In this document: positions 63,352 to 64,000 of the stretch, in pieces
How the letters are laid out: each line of letters begins with the position of its first letter
Position numbering within the stretch: position 1 is the first letter of the stretch
Origin: an uncultured delta proteobacterium
GTDB lineage: Bacteria > Myxococcota > Myxococcia > Myxococcales > Myxococcaceae
NCBI GenBank assembly: GCA_963776345.1
Contig: CAVZMH010000015.1
Span: 544,001-608,000, forward strand
DNA length: 64,000 bases
Reading direction: 5' to 3'
The notes under the pieces: model-generated
Seen by the model: only the letters and a program-made list of their open reading frames with translations
Told to the model about the DNA's origin: nothing
Databases searched by the model: none
Program-made: the position numbers and the translations under genes

Positions 63352-64000
<649 letters not shown>

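Overview
Very GC-rich chromosomal segment that looks myxobacterial (Myxococcales-like gene order and protein families). Its backbone is a conserved core region: a receptor-less chemosensory cluster (cheY-cheA-cheW-cheW-cheY), nusB-ribH-ribB(A)-ribE ... ribD-nrdR-glyA, yceD-rpmF-fabHDG-acpP-fabF, phoB-phoR-metallophosphatase and pstSCAB-phoU. Accessory genes are interspersed: a TRAP transporter, an M3 peptidase, a molybdopterin oxidoreductase, a split chorismate mutase/prephenate dehydratase pair, a CADD-like oxidase, an arsR-acr3-arsC/arsN2 cluster divergent from pstS, a degenerate Oar-like outer-membrane receptor followed by an OMP-LpoB-COG3014 envelope operon, a DNA end-joining island (ligD, ku, ligC, Prim-Pol) and a Ser/Thr kinase. 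At the right edge are tRNA-Arg(CCG) and a tyrosine integrase that reads through into the tRNA, marking the left end of an integrated element. About eight genes carry frameshifts, many of them probably long-read indel errors. Most notable: the split PheA with a domain-deleted CM-PDTa-ACT subunit, a thrS/GNAT deletion-scar mosaic, a shared ArsR-operator/Pho-box control region, the degenerate receptor operon, and an int gene with the att site inside its C-terminus. All family calls come from motif recognition by eye; no searches were run.
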